Below are positions 38,718-48,615 of a stretch of 64,000 nt of DNA, in pieces. The DNA comes from a virus. Positions within the stretch are counted from its first letter, which is position 1. Each line of letters begins with the position of its first letter. The position numbers were made by a program, and so were the translations under genes. The notes below the pieces were generated by a model. That model saw nothing but the letters and a program-made list of their open reading frames with translations, had not been told where the DNA came from and ran no database searches. The DNA is taken from the UHGV virus genome UHGV-1376088; one strand, written 5' to 3'.

Positions 38718-38728
38718 AAGTAAGTAAT

Positions 38729-38986
38729 ATGAGTTACATTATTATTTTCGCAGCCATTGCCTTTATTCTTTATAAGACATATCAAATGGCTCTTCTTCAT
38801 GACGCCAAATTTGCCGTCGTTGATGAAGCTAAGGTGAGAAACATGATTGCCGATTTGCGATCTAGCATGGGCAGTGAAGATTTTGAAAACAAAACAAAAG
38901 TGTTTTTAAATGAACTGGAAGCTTCGATGCTCACTCACGAAGAGAGTGTGAAGCTAATAGTGAGAAAGAGAAGTAGTTCTCTTTAA
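38729..38986 (+). CDS. small membrane protein
   Basis: N-terminal TM helix 'YIIIFAAIAFILY'; ATG start (the track start is a TTG). Confidence 0.35.
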   Translation: MSYIIIFAAIAFILYKTYQMALLHDAKFAVVDEAKVRNMIADLRSSMGSEDFENKTKVFLNELEASMLTHEESVKLIVRKRSSSL

Positions 38987-39184
38987 AATTTCATCCGGAT
39001 GGCTAGGGAGCAAACTAAAGTAATCGCTTTAGAGGCTCTGTGTGTCTGGGTGACGTTAGAACCAAGGTTCTTGTATATCATGTGGGGCCCTTCCCCAGTA
39101 ACGGTGTCTAGAATTCAACATCTAGTTATAGATAGACTTCGCTATAGACAACCGGCCTTCATCGGCAAATCTCCGAGGCTTTAA

Positions 39185-39511
39185 ATGGAAATTTACGATT
39201 ATAACTTTGAACTCTTTTTTAATAAGAGTCACAATATATATCTAGAATATGGATATATAAAACGTTGCTCTGAGTTTATTTTATCTGAACTTGGTATGCA
39301 ATGTGTAGGATATTCTGATTATGTTTTTGGTAACAGAACTATGTCTACAGGGGTTTTCTTGTTAAGCACAAGTCATTGGGCTTGGCATACATTCCCTGAA
39401 CACAAGAAGGTGTCCATATCTTTTAGCACATGTAAAGAAGAATTGGAAATTAAAGAATTTGGAAAACTTTTAAAAAAGGCGTTCGATTGTTCTTTCGTAG
39501 TATTTAAATAA
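39185..39511 (+). CDS. hypothetical protein
   Basis: ORF. Confidence 0.4.
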   Translation: MEIYDYNFELFFNKSHNIYLEYGYIKRCSEFILSELGMQCVGYSDYVFGNRTMSTGVFLLSTSHWAWHTFPEHKKVSISFSTCKEELEIKEFGKLLKKAFDCSFVVFK

Positions 39512-39548
39512 TGCCTTGTTTCGATAACTATAATAATAAAAGAAACAT

Positions 39549-40106
39549 ATGAAAAAACAAATTACACCCAAAAGAAAATCAGTATTAATTGTATCAATGC
39601 TAAATGATCAGACAACAAATCCTTCTGGTCCTAAAGCAATTCCAAATGCTAATAAAAGTTTGGAAAAGTTACAAACAGCCTTTGCTTCAGGAAATATTAA
39701 ACATGATGCCGTGATTGCAGTAGACTATTCTGGCAGTAAGAATAGCAAATGGAGCAGCGGTAAATTGATTCCGAATAGCAAAGTGATTAAAGTAGAACTT
39801 CAATCTGACAATTGGTTTGGGAAAGAAAACCTTATGCACATTCCCGAGTCAACTGGTGAAGATACTACTGTTCAATACTTTGATAATATTGATTTTCTAT
39901 TGCCGACACATGAATATGATTTAACCTTTGCTGGCATCGATTTCTTTGGAACAATGAGTGCTTCAATGAAAGAGTTGGCTAGTCGTGGTTATCGAATTCG
40001 CTATTATTCTGATTGCTCTCATTTTTATGGACGCAATCGTAAAGAAGAATTGGCTGAACTTGGAATCTATCGTCACTTCACCTCTTTTAAAAAGGAAAGT
40101 AAATAA
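39549..40106 (+). CDS. hypothetical protein
   Basis: ORF. Confidence 0.45.
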   Translation: MKKQITPKRKSVLIVSMLNDQTTNPSGPKAIPNANKSLEKLQTAFASGNIKHDAVIAVDYSGSKNSKWSSGKLIPNSKVIKVELQSDNWFGKENLMHIPESTGEDTTVQYFDNIDFLLPTHEYDLTFAGIDFFGTMSASMKELASRGYRIRYYSDCSHFYGRNRKEELAELGIYRHFTSFKKESK

Positions 40107-40513
40107 TGGATATTCAAGTTACACTATGGGAAAATTCTTCTAATGGTTCTACATTAGCTCGTGGTTTTGTTAAAATTGGCGGATTCGTTCAGATTAATAT
40201 TTCTATTTATTCTGGTCGAAATGGTCCATTTATTGCTTTCCCATCTTATAAAAAACAGGATGGAACATGGCAAGAAACTGCAGGTCCTGTAAGCAAAGAG
40301 TCCCGTGAAGCTATTACAGCGGCGGTATTGAATGCATACAATAAAGGTTCTGCGCCTGCTGGAGGAAACGGATATAACGTAGTTGAACCTCCACGTACAC
40401 AGTACCAAGGACAAGCAGCAGCCAGAAGCAATTATGACCCGAATGTAGGTAATGGTAACGGACAGCAACAAGCCAATCCGGATCATGCACCTATTGGCGG
40501 AATTCCTTTTTAA
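40106..40513 (+). CDS. hypothetical protein (Gly/Asn/Gln-rich C-terminus)
   Basis: SD 'aaaggaaag'; low-complexity tail. Confidence 0.45.
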   Translation: MDIQVTLWENSSNGSTLARGFVKIGGFVQINISIYSGRNGPFIAFPSYKKQDGTWQETAGPVSKESREAITAAVLNAYNKGSAPAGGNGYNVVEPPRTQYQGQAAARSNYDPNVGNGNGQQQANPDHAPIGGIPF

Positions 40514-40521
40514 GGTAAACT

Positions 40522-40995
40522 ATGTCTAATTATAATGTAGCAGAACAACCCTTGGAGTATGCAATTTATAAATCCAAGGCAGCGCTTCGTATGCGCTTAG
40601 TTAACCCTCGTATTAATAATTCTTCCGGAAGAGATATTCTGAATAAAGGTTTTGTTTATTTAGAAATTGCCCCTATAAAAGAAGGTTCTGGAAATCAAAA
40701 ACAATACGAATGGGAAAATAAAAAAATCGGCGTAAAACTTGGGATGCCTGATTTGTCTCAGATTGTTTATTCCATGAAACGCGGACAAGAGGCCGAAATG
40801 TTTCACGAATTTGATGGTTCAACCAAAGTTATTAAATTAACTCGAACCACCGAAGGTAAGTCTCCTTATTTTATTTCGGTAACTCAAAACAATGGCGGTG
40901 TGAAATCCCAATATTCAATTCCTATCAGCGGACAAGAAGCTGAAGTGATTTTGAATTTGGTATCTTATGCTATTCCTAAAACCCTCAATTGGTAA
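40522..40995 (+). CDS. hypothetical protein
   Basis: SD 'aaggt'. Confidence 0.45.
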   Translation: MSNYNVAEQPLEYAIYKSKAALRMRLVNPRINNSSGRDILNKGFVYLEIAPIKEGSGNQKQYEWENKKIGVKLGMPDLSQIVYSMKRGQEAEMFHEFDGSTKVIKLTRTTEGKSPYFISVTQNNGGVKSQYSIPISGQEAEVILNLVSYAIPKTLNW

Positions 40996-41001
40996 AATAT
41001 T

Positions 41002-41379
41002 ATGGCTCAAATCCAAATCGTAATTGCAGGCGAATCGACTACTGCCGAACAAATTGCTCAAGCTCTGTCTTCAGCATTTAGCACAGGTCTGGTTATTCCG
41101 AATGCTGCACAATCCGGTCCTCTGAGTGTGGATCAACTAACCCAAGCACTGGAACAAGATTCAAAAGAATTTGACGCAGAAGAAACTTTGCGTTATATCA
41201 CCGGTGACACAGAAATGCACCCTGATGATGTTTCTGCTTTTGTATCAGGCGTTGATAATCGCCTGGTTTTCGAATCGTTGGAAAAATTTAAAGTGTATGC
41301 CTCTACCAACCTGGTTAGTGGCGACAGTCTTATCATTTCCGATGTTAGTGGCCAAGTTGTAGCAACTTATCGTCGCTAA
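41002..41379 (+). CDS. hypothetical acidic protein
   Basis: ORF. Confidence 0.4.
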   Translation: MAQIQIVIAGESTTAEQIAQALSSAFSTGLVIPNAAQSGPLSVDQLTQALEQDSKEFDAEETLRYITGDTEMHPDDVSAFVSGVDNRLVFESLEKFKVYASTNLVSGDSLIISDVSGQVVATYRR

Positions 41380-41412
41380 AATTTTTAAACCTTATTACAG
41401 AAAGAAAAAACT

Positions 41413-41607
41413 ATGTCTCAAATTCGTGGCTATATTTACAACGGCGAAACCAAAACTCTGCCAAATGGCGGCACTACTACCGTTGAAAACATGTTGACTG
41501 CTTTGAAAACCAAATTTGTTGCCCTGCGCACCGACGGCTCATTCGACCATGTCGTAAACAGCGATGGCTATCTGGTTATCACAAACCGCACCGGCTCTAA
41601 AGCCTAA
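41413..41607 (+). CDS. small hypothetical protein
   Basis: ORF. Confidence 0.4.
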   Translation: MSQIRGYIYNGETKTLPNGGTTTVENMLTALKTKFVALRTDGSFDHVVNSDGYLVITNRTGSKA

Positions 41608-41772
41608 GTAAGGTTTAAATTACAATTTGCTCTTATTGAACGCTTGATTGCGTAATATGGGTCAGTGGGGCCCAAATGATTATAGGACTCCGTATTTTGC
41701 ATTTATATGCAGCGGGGTCCATTTTTCTTTTTTGCCTTGATTGGCTGTTATATTTTTGTTGGAGAGATATAT

Positions 41773-42108
41773 ATGTCTTATGTTGATGACGAGTTTTTAG
41801 CTATTCTTGGCAATGTGGAAAATACAGCAAAAGAAGCTAAAGACGAAATAGAAGCTGCTGGCGAAATGGGCGAAGATATTATTTTGAACCTTCAAAATAT
41901 CTTTGAACAAGGTGAAGATGTAGGCGTAGATGCCGAAGATTTAAAAATTATTATGGAAGCTCGTTCTACTGTCCATATTAAGCCAGAAATTATTGAACGT
42001 ATTCTCAGAAATTTTAAACCCGAGTTTTGGACTAGATCTTCTGTAACTATTGATGTTGCTATGGAAGCCATTAAAAACTCTCAAAATATCCTGGACGATT
42101 ATTATTAA
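41773..42108 (+). CDS. hypothetical acidic protein
   Basis: ATG with SD 'ggagag'; the track's longer ORF starts in an intergenic GC-rich hairpin region. Confidence 0.4.
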   Translation: MSYVDDEFLAILGNVENTAKEAKDEIEAAGEMGEDIILNLQNIFEQGEDVGVDAEDLKIIMEARSTVHIKPEIIERILRNFKPEFWTRSSVTIDVAMEAIKNSQNILDDYY

Positions 42109-42123
42109 ATCGAAGGGATAAAT

Positions 42124-42702
42124 ATGATAATTGCTAACCAGGGCCAGGCTGTTATGAGAATCCTTTTTGCAAAGCTTGCAAATGAATTGGGTTTAAAATA
42201 CAAAATTCCAAAAAAGATTAAGCCTAGAAATTTTGATGTATTTTTTAAGAATCTGCGATTTAAGACTATAAATATTGGTCGTGATCCTTCAGGTAGATAT
42301 TTTGTAGAAATAGATACCATGATTGATTTTAGAAAAACGGTTAGAGAGATTATTGATGATTATGGTTCTAGCCTATCGCTTTTATCATATGATTGCAGTC
42401 TTATTCATGTCGCCGACAGGGGTCATTTTGTAGAAATATCTTTACCGAATAGGAATGCTGTTTTGTCTATATATGACCGAGATGTAAATCAACTTGGGCA
42501 ATTCAATAGAAGCTCTTATAATAGGGAAGATGGCGAGTATGGGATAAAAGGAATATTTAGCGAAAATGGTTCCTTATATATTCGCAAGTCTTTAATTGAT
42601 GATATATACATATATTGTCGTTCCGCTGACTGTGTGCGGAGAGATCTTCTTGTTCTTCTTGATGGCAAAACTTTTGAATATATAGCAAGAAGAGGGCATT
42701 GA
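42124..42702 (+). CDS. hypothetical protein
   Basis: SD 'aaggga'. Confidence 0.45.
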   Translation: MIIANQGQAVMRILFAKLANELGLKYKIPKKIKPRNFDVFFKNLRFKTINIGRDPSGRYFVEIDTMIDFRKTVREIIDDYGSSLSLLSYDCSLIHVADRGHFVEISLPNRNAVLSIYDRDVNQLGQFNRSSYNREDGEYGIKGIFSENGSLYIRKSLIDDIYIYCRSADCVRRDLLVLLDGKTFEYIARRGH

Positions 42703-42765
42703 TATTAATAAATATATCCTAATGATATTGAAATTAATATTTATTAAATATAAATGGAGTTTTAA

Positions 42766-43275
42766 ATGGATAGAAATAAAATATATCAGAGGATTATGTT
42801 ATTAAAATTAATCGAAGGTTCTGGACTTAATACTCCATATGAGATGGACCTCGATCTAGTTGGCAATGCCTTTCTGGGCAAAGAGTATAAAATTTTCTCA
42901 GATGATATAGATAATCTTGGAAGAGTTGTTATTGTGGGTACAATGAATCTTACCCCAACAGTGATACCTAAATCATTCAGTTCAAGATTAAGAACATTCC
43001 TTTTCTTTTTCAGGAAAGAAAACGAATTGCATCTTGTGAGTATAAAAACGAGATACATAAATGCTATTACTTATAATTTTATGAAAGATATCGGCGCTAA
43101 AAAGATATACTATACGACTGACGAAAGCGAAACAAGATTGGTGTCTAGCGACTTTAATGGTATAGAAAAGATCTATTATCATCCAGTATCATCTATTCAT
43201 AGAAGCGGCATTTCATATAAAAATGTTATGGATGATTTTAGCCTAAGGTGCTCCAGTTTGATAAATTTCTTATAA
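42766..43275 (+). CDS. hypothetical protein
   Basis: SD 'ggag'. Confidence 0.45.
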   Translation: MDRNKIYQRIMLLKLIEGSGLNTPYEMDLDLVGNAFLGKEYKIFSDDIDNLGRVVIVGTMNLTPTVIPKSFSSRLRTFLFFFRKENELHLVSIKTRYINAITYNFMKDIGAKKIYYTTDESETRLVSSDFNGIEKIYYHPVSSIHRSGISYKNVMDDFSLRCSSLINFL

Positions 43276-43285
43276 GGTGTCTTAT

Positions 43286-43918
43286 ATGGATCTTATTAAT
43301 TTGAATAAGCCCTTAAATAAATTGATCATATCTAAGATTTTATTAGATGGAAACTATAAGGCGGATATTTATAAATTTAAGGAAATCATACCATATATTT
43401 ATGCCATTCGTACTAACAATAGAGGGCAAATTTTTCTTGAATTCGTAACAGAAGTCGACATGGGATTTGATGTAATGGCTCGAGACACTGGAAGGGCATT
43501 TATTAGTCGTTCCGTCTGGAATCTTTTATGTTATGGTGATTTAGGAAATTTTATAAATTTATCGTGTGAACTGTATAATGAAAATCAAAGATATCTTAGC
43601 TATCTTATGAGCCATCTGCCCAATCATTACAATGATATAATAGAGGTTCAATACCGAGAAGGGCAAAAATATTTTATTTATTACTTAGTTGAATTTATAG
43701 CCGGCTCGAAAGAAAATCTATATTCAAAAATTCATAATATAAGCTCCAATAAGATGGAAGCTTTTCGAACTATGCAAGGTGAAGTATTTAATTCCCTTAC
43801 ATACAATATGAAGCGTAATGAAAAATACGATATGAAAATTTCAGGCAAGAGCTCGTATATAAGTCATATGGATGAATACACATTTTTCGAATTTTATGAT
43901 AGATATCGAAACATTTAA
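43286..43918 (+). CDS. hypothetical protein
   Basis: ATG with SD 'aaggtg'. Confidence 0.45.
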   Translation: MDLINLNKPLNKLIISKILLDGNYKADIYKFKEIIPYIYAIRTNNRGQIFLEFVTEVDMGFDVMARDTGRAFISRSVWNLLCYGDLGNFINLSCELYNENQRYLSYLMSHLPNHYNDIIEVQYREGQKYFIYYLVEFIAGSKENLYSKIHNISSNKMEAFRTMQGEVFNSLTYNMKRNEKYDMKISGKSSYISHMDEYTFFEFYDRYRNI

Positions 43919-43929
43919 AGGAAGTAAAT

Positions 43930-44649
43930 ATGCAAGGCAAAATTAATATTGAAGTTTTGAGTCAAGACAAAGCTATTATCCATGTTCAGGATCTGCAAGG
44001 TAAATGCACATCTAAAATGGTTACAACAAAAGCTGCCGCTGCGGCTCTGGCTGGCCCTAATGGTGAAGCTAAAGATTCTGGATTGATCCCCCAAAACATT
44101 TTAAGAATTTGGGAGAATTCACAATACAAGGGCTATTTGATTTATCAGCCGTCTAGAATGTTTGGCATTAAATATGAAGGAAGGTCATTGCGCCAAGTCA
44201 AACTTCCTGGAATTGTTATGAAAGCAGTTGTGAATTCAAGAGGGCAATTTATCGGCGATAGAAGCTCTATCTTTATTTGTAATGGCGATGAAATCAAACC
44301 CGATACAAAACTTTGGCATTTACGAATGAACAATTATAGCTCCGGTTATGGTATTTGCTGGGGCGATAATAAGAATATTGCAAATTCGATTCTAGCTAGT
44401 GGAAACCTATTTGATATTGAGCAGCTCCCGCAATTATTCTTTGGATCAACATTTAACTCGGATTTGGATAATACATATATCTTTGACAATTCCATGTTAA
44501 GAAGAATTAATGAAAATCCTTCAATTCCTAATCATAGAAATTTAACAGTTCAATTTTTTACATTGAAAGGGTTAGAGAATGAAGATTATAATCTGGAATC
44601 CGAATTAATGACCGAATATGATGCGGTTCTTAGCGGCATTATGATGTAA
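43930..44649 (+). CDS. hypothetical protein
   Basis: SD 'aaaggaag'. Confidence 0.45.
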   Translation: MQGKINIEVLSQDKAIIHVQDLQGKCTSKMVTTKAAAAALAGPNGEAKDSGLIPQNILRIWENSQYKGYLIYQPSRMFGIKYEGRSLRQVKLPGIVMKAVVNSRGQFIGDRSSIFICNGDEIKPDTKLWHLRMNNYSSGYGICWGDNKNIANSILASGNLFDIEQLPQLFFGSTFNSDLDNTYIFDNSMLRRINENPSIPNHRNLTVQFFTLKGLENEDYNLESELMTEYDAVLSGIMM

Positions 44650-44677
44650 ATTTGCGAAATAATTAAAGGAAAATATT

Positions 44678-46054
44678 ATGAGTTTGAGCGTTGCTGATCT
44701 GATGGGCGAAATGGATTTTCGTTTGCCGAAGGTTGTACAAAGCAAAGAAGAAGCAGAAGATGGCGATTCTATTGTAGCTGAAGACGGTATCTATAAATTG
44801 GTCCGCGCCATTATTGGTGACTTCTGGATTAAGGCAGAAAGCTTTAAGACTAAGATGGTTGGAATGCCGCAGCTGTCAGAAAGCTTTACACAGTCATCTG
44901 AAATTCCTAAAATCCCAGGTGAATTGTTTTACGGTATTATCAGATTCTACCGTAAAATTTACGAAACAAATAAAAATGAAGTGATGGCCCAGATTTGGTG
45001 GGATAAAGAAGAGCGCAAATTCCTGGTTGAAGTTCCAGAACAAGAAGTTGCAGGTGCTTCTATTACTTATCAAAGAACCGGCGGATGGTATGATGATCCT
45101 AATAAGGTCCTTGTATTGACATCTCACTCACATCATACAATGGGTGCATTCTATTCATCCGTAGACAATTCAGATGAAAAAGGCAAACATGGAATTTACT
45201 CATTTGTATTTGGCAATTTAGTAAATAAGCCTGACGGAACATTTACATATAAAACCGTTCAGCGCGTATGCTGTGCAGACGCATTAATTCCATTACAGCT
45301 GGAAGATATTTTTGATTTTACCGAAGGTTGCGAATTTCTTTTCGAAATCCCAGAAGAGGATTACGCAAAAGTTAAAGCTAAAGTTTATAACTATGGAGCT
45401 TATGCTAATTATGGCAAATCTAAATCAAAGGGGTTTCCTTACACGGGCGGCCAATCAACTCCCGCAAACGTCTCAAAAATCGAAGACAACTATGAATTTT
45501 ACTCAGGATATCTGGGTTATTCTTACGGGAGTTATGACAGCGCTTGGGATTCTGTGGATTATCCTAACAATGCTTCAACTGTAGGATCAAGCGCTATAGA
45601 AAAACGATGGCAAACTGGTGCTGAAGCCACGGTTGACAGAGTTAAATATGGATATATTTCCTCTATACTGAGAGGAATGTCCAAGCCTGGCGATGAGCTC
45701 CTGTATAACTATTTTGAATTCAAAGAAATTGAATCTATTGTTTCTGATTTTGTAAATGCTGTAAGCCTGCCGGAAACACATCCGTATTATATGTTCGCAG
45801 AGCTTCTGAACTCATTTATGTCTAATCTTTTGGAAGGTCTTTCAGATGTACAATATGGTGATCGTGAAGGGCTTAGCAAAATTGAAGATCCATCAAAAGC
45901 ATTTGCCGTTGTGATTGCATCTGCTATTAGTGGTGTGGAGGATTCTTTTAATAGTATGGCTTCTCCTAATAGCGCTGTTGACCTTATGAAAGACCATAAT
46001 TTGAGCTTTTTGTATCTACCAGAACGAATTGCCGCTTATTTAAAAGATTTTTAA
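44678..46054 (+). CDS. JAB/MPN (JAMM) metalloprotease-domain protein
   Basis: 'SHSHHTMGAFYSSVD' = JAMM motif HxHx7Sx2D; 458 aa with an uncharacterised C-terminal half. Confidence 0.6.
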   Translation: MSLSVADLMGEMDFRLPKVVQSKEEAEDGDSIVAEDGIYKLVRAIIGDFWIKAESFKTKMVGMPQLSESFTQSSEIPKIPGELFYGIIRFYRKIYETNKNEVMAQIWWDKEERKFLVEVPEQEVAGASITYQRTGGWYDDPNKVLVLTSHSHHTMGAFYSSVDNSDEKGKHGIYSFVFGNLVNKPDGTFTYKTVQRVCCADALIPLQLEDIFDFTEGCEFLFEIPEEDYAKVKAKVYNYGAYANYGKSKSKGFPYTGGQSTPANVSKIEDNYEFYSGYLGYSYGSYDSAWDSVDYPNNASTVGSSAIEKRWQTGAEATVDRVKYGYISSILRGMSKPGDELLYNYFEFKEIESIVSDFVNAVSLPETHPYYMFAELLNSFMSNLLEGLSDVQYGDREGLSKIEDPSKAFAVVIASAISGVEDSFNSMASPNSAVDLMKDHNLSFLYLPERIAAYLKDF

Positions 46055-46066
46055 AGGAAATACCTT

Positions 46067-46969
46067 ATGCAAAATGCTGTACTTGGCAGAAAGAAAATTG
46101 AATTTATTTCAACTCAAGATGAAATCAATAAGCATCAGAAAGAAGTTGAAGATTACGAAATGACAAAATTAATGCAACGTCTTTCGTCCGCCGAAACTAA
46201 TGCTCCTAAAAAGCCGCTTGACCGCATTGTTGTTGTTGGTTGTGGCGGAACTGGCTCTTGGTTAATTCCAAAACTTGCAAAAACCATCAATGATATGAAG
46301 CGCAAGAAATTACTTGCTAATCATTTTTCTTTGATTCTTGTTGATGGCGACCAAATTGAACCTAAAAATTTGATTCGGCAGAACTTTGTTGAATCAGATA
46401 TTGGTAAAAATAAAGCGGAAATCATGGCTCTTCGATATGGGGCAACGCTTAAAGATATTAATGTCCAATATATCGACAAGTATTTGACCGATAAGTCAAG
46501 TTTTGACACTAATCACTTTTCCCATATCAATGTTTTGCAGAATATGATTTACGATGACAATTATTGTGTCATATTCAATCTTGTTGATAACCAAAATGCA
46601 AGACGCGCGGTTCACTCATTACAGTTCTGCGGCTGGATTGTTGATATTGGTAATGAACTGGCACATGGCCAATTGTTTGCAACTCCATATGGTTTGACTA
46701 GTGGCTTTATTGGATCATTAAGCTTCTTCACTATGTCTCCGGAAACGTTGACGGCAGATGAAGAAGTGAAAATTTATTCTTGCGCCGAAGCCGATGCGGA
46801 TACAGAGCTGGAAGAACAGTTCTTGGTTGCCAACGATACAGCTGCTTTGGTTGGACATAACTGGCTATGCTCTTTAATGAGCGGTCCAGATGTAGTTCCT
46901 GCAAGAATTAATTTTACATGCTTGCCAATTCCGACCGTAGAAACAGTGTTGAAAACAATCCGGTTTTAA
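46067..46969 (+). CDS. E1-like (ThiF/MoeB family) adenylyltransferase
   Basis: Rossmann 'RIVVVGCGGTGSWLI'; 'LILVDGDQIEPKNLIRQ' matches the E1 DxD...NLxRQ motif. Confidence 0.6.
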   Translation: MQNAVLGRKKIEFISTQDEINKHQKEVEDYEMTKLMQRLSSAETNAPKKPLDRIVVVGCGGTGSWLIPKLAKTINDMKRKKLLANHFSLILVDGDQIEPKNLIRQNFVESDIGKNKAEIMALRYGATLKDINVQYIDKYLTDKSSFDTNHFSHINVLQNMIYDDNYCVIFNLVDNQNARRAVHSLQFCGWIVDIGNELAHGQLFATPYGLTSGFIGSLSFFTMSPETLTADEEVKIYSCAEADADTELEEQFLVANDTAALVGHNWLCSLMSGPDVVPARINFTCLPIPTVETVLKTIRF

Positions 46970-46977
46970 TGTATATG

Positions 46978-47010
46978 GTCGACATTAAATATGTCGACCG
47001 TTCTTTACTT
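46978..47010 (+). terminator. rho-independent terminator
   Basis: ggtcgacat-taaat-atgtcgacc hairpin followed by gttctttactttc. Confidence 0.5.
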
Positions 47011-47024
47011 TCAAGGAAGTTAAA

Positions 47025-48566
47025 ATGGAAGATAAAAATTTGTGTTTGAGCTTTTTAGCGCCTATGATGAATTTGTCTCAAACATTTTTAAATATTATCG
47101 AAAAAATTGAAAACGAAGAATGCTCTATTGACTCTTCGTTTCCTGAAAAGTTATTCAATAAGACGCCAAAAGAAGATGTTTTAAACGCGATTGAAACTCT
47201 CATTGATTATAATAATTTATTTTTGATTGACTTTGATGAGTATTCGAAAAAAGTAAAAACCTTATCAGATTTCGTTGGTAATTGTAACAACACAATTCTT
47301 TTCAGAAACTTTAGAACTGATAAGGGTCGTGAAGTTTGCTATATCAATAAGCAGATCCCAGACATTTATTCAGATAGGATTAAAGAGATCCATTCTAATA
47401 TTAGACCCTTAATAGGCCGCCTAACTCCTAGACTGAATTTAATTAAAAATCAGAATTCTACAGATTCATATGTAGACATTAATTACGATCAGATGGCCAT
47501 CAAATCAGATATTTCTTCGTTCTTTCGCTCTGTAAGATTTGAAAATGTTATTAAATACCTCTCTAAGACTTTCCTTGTTAAAAATATACTTATGTATAGC
47601 AAAAGTCAAACTGAAAACAAAGAGCTTAGAGTATTTGAGCGAATTGAAATTGCTTTATGGGGATTTATTAGTTGTCTATTCCATAATGGTATTATCCCTA
47701 CTGGAGCTAGATATGCAAATGATTTAGCCGCCTGCTATTTGAATAATCTTGTTTTTAATACCTTTAGAAAGGACATGCTATATTCGAATCGTGCAAGAAT
47801 CTATGTATATGTAGATGACCTGCTCTTTCTCGGAGAGGAAGGCAATGTTAAAGAATTTTATGCGGAATTCGAAAAGGCTATCAATAAAGGCGGACTATAT
47901 CTGAATTATAAGAAGACTCAATATTTTTATCCTAAAAATGGAATTCTTGAGTATTCTTCTTTGGGCAGAACTAGAAAATTTGACTTCACAACTGGTTTTG
48001 TTTCTAAAGTTGATTCGAAAGCCCGCAAAAAATGTTTGGATATTATTAAAGAGCGCCGCGAATACGATGCCTCTGAGAAGGGTATCATTAATTATGCATT
48101 ATATATGAGGCATGGAGCCAATAAGATTGTCAATCCAGATATATTAATGCATTCTTATTTTAATGATAAATCCGAACTGTGGGATAAACTTATAGCAGGT
48201 GAATTGAATCTGAAATTGAATAAGAGTATTTTTGATCCCACTAATCTGAAATATAAGGATATATGTATAATGTCAAAAGATATTGATGTCGGTTTTCTTT
48301 CCGCTCATCAATTCCTTGACATTACAGATGCGATAGCAGAATTTGTAAAACTGTTTATCCTCGACAATCCTTTTGGTCTTAACCTATATGGAATTAATCT
48401 AACAGAATCCAATGAGGGTAATTATAATTTAATTCTGAATTTGGTAAGACAACGATCCAGAGGCACTGCGAATATAATCCCATGTCCTTTAATTTTCAGA
48501 AAAGATTTCCTAAACGGACTTTATGTAGAAGGCAAAGATGAAAGCGCTTTAAATGGATGGATATAA
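47025..48566 (+). CDS. reverse transcriptase (standalone, unclassified)
   Basis: Motif A 'IKSDISSFFRSV', motif B' 'GIIPTGARYANDLAACYLNNL', motif C 'YVYVDDLLFLG', motif D 'LYLNYKKTQY'; extra N- and C-terminal regions; SD 'aaggaag'. Confidence 0.7.
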   Translation: MEDKNLCLSFLAPMMNLSQTFLNIIEKIENEECSIDSSFPEKLFNKTPKEDVLNAIETLIDYNNLFLIDFDEYSKKVKTLSDFVGNCNNTILFRNFRTDKGREVCYINKQIPDIYSDRIKEIHSNIRPLIGRLTPRLNLIKNQNSTDSYVDINYDQMAIKSDISSFFRSVRFENVIKYLSKTFLVKNILMYSKSQTENKELRVFERIEIALWGFISCLFHNGIIPTGARYANDLAACYLNNLVFNTFRKDMLYSNRARIYVYVDDLLFLGEEGNVKEFYAEFEKAINKGGLYLNYKKTQYFYPKNGILEYSSLGRTRKFDFTTGFVSKVDSKARKKCLDIIKERREYDASEKGIINYALYMRHGANKIVNPDILMHSYFNDKSELWDKLIAGELNLKLNKSIFDPTNLKYKDICIMSKDIDVGFLSAHQFLDITDAIAEFVKLFILDNPFGLNLYGINLTESNEGNYNLILNLVRQRSRGTANIIPCPLIFRKDFLNGLYVEGKDESALNGWI

Positions 48567-48615
48567 TCTATTGAATTGCAGCTTTCAATTAAATTATTAA
48601 AATAAGGATAATAAT

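Noticed and set aside
47025-48566. Reverse transcriptase as part of a diversity-generating retroelement, retron or group II intron
   Set aside because: No template/variable repeat pair was seen in flanking genes. No msr/msd-like structured RNA region lies upstream; a terminator and a 55-nt spacer sit there instead. There is no group II 5' GUGYG / 3' AY boundary or maturase/endonuclease tail. It is treated as a standalone RT.
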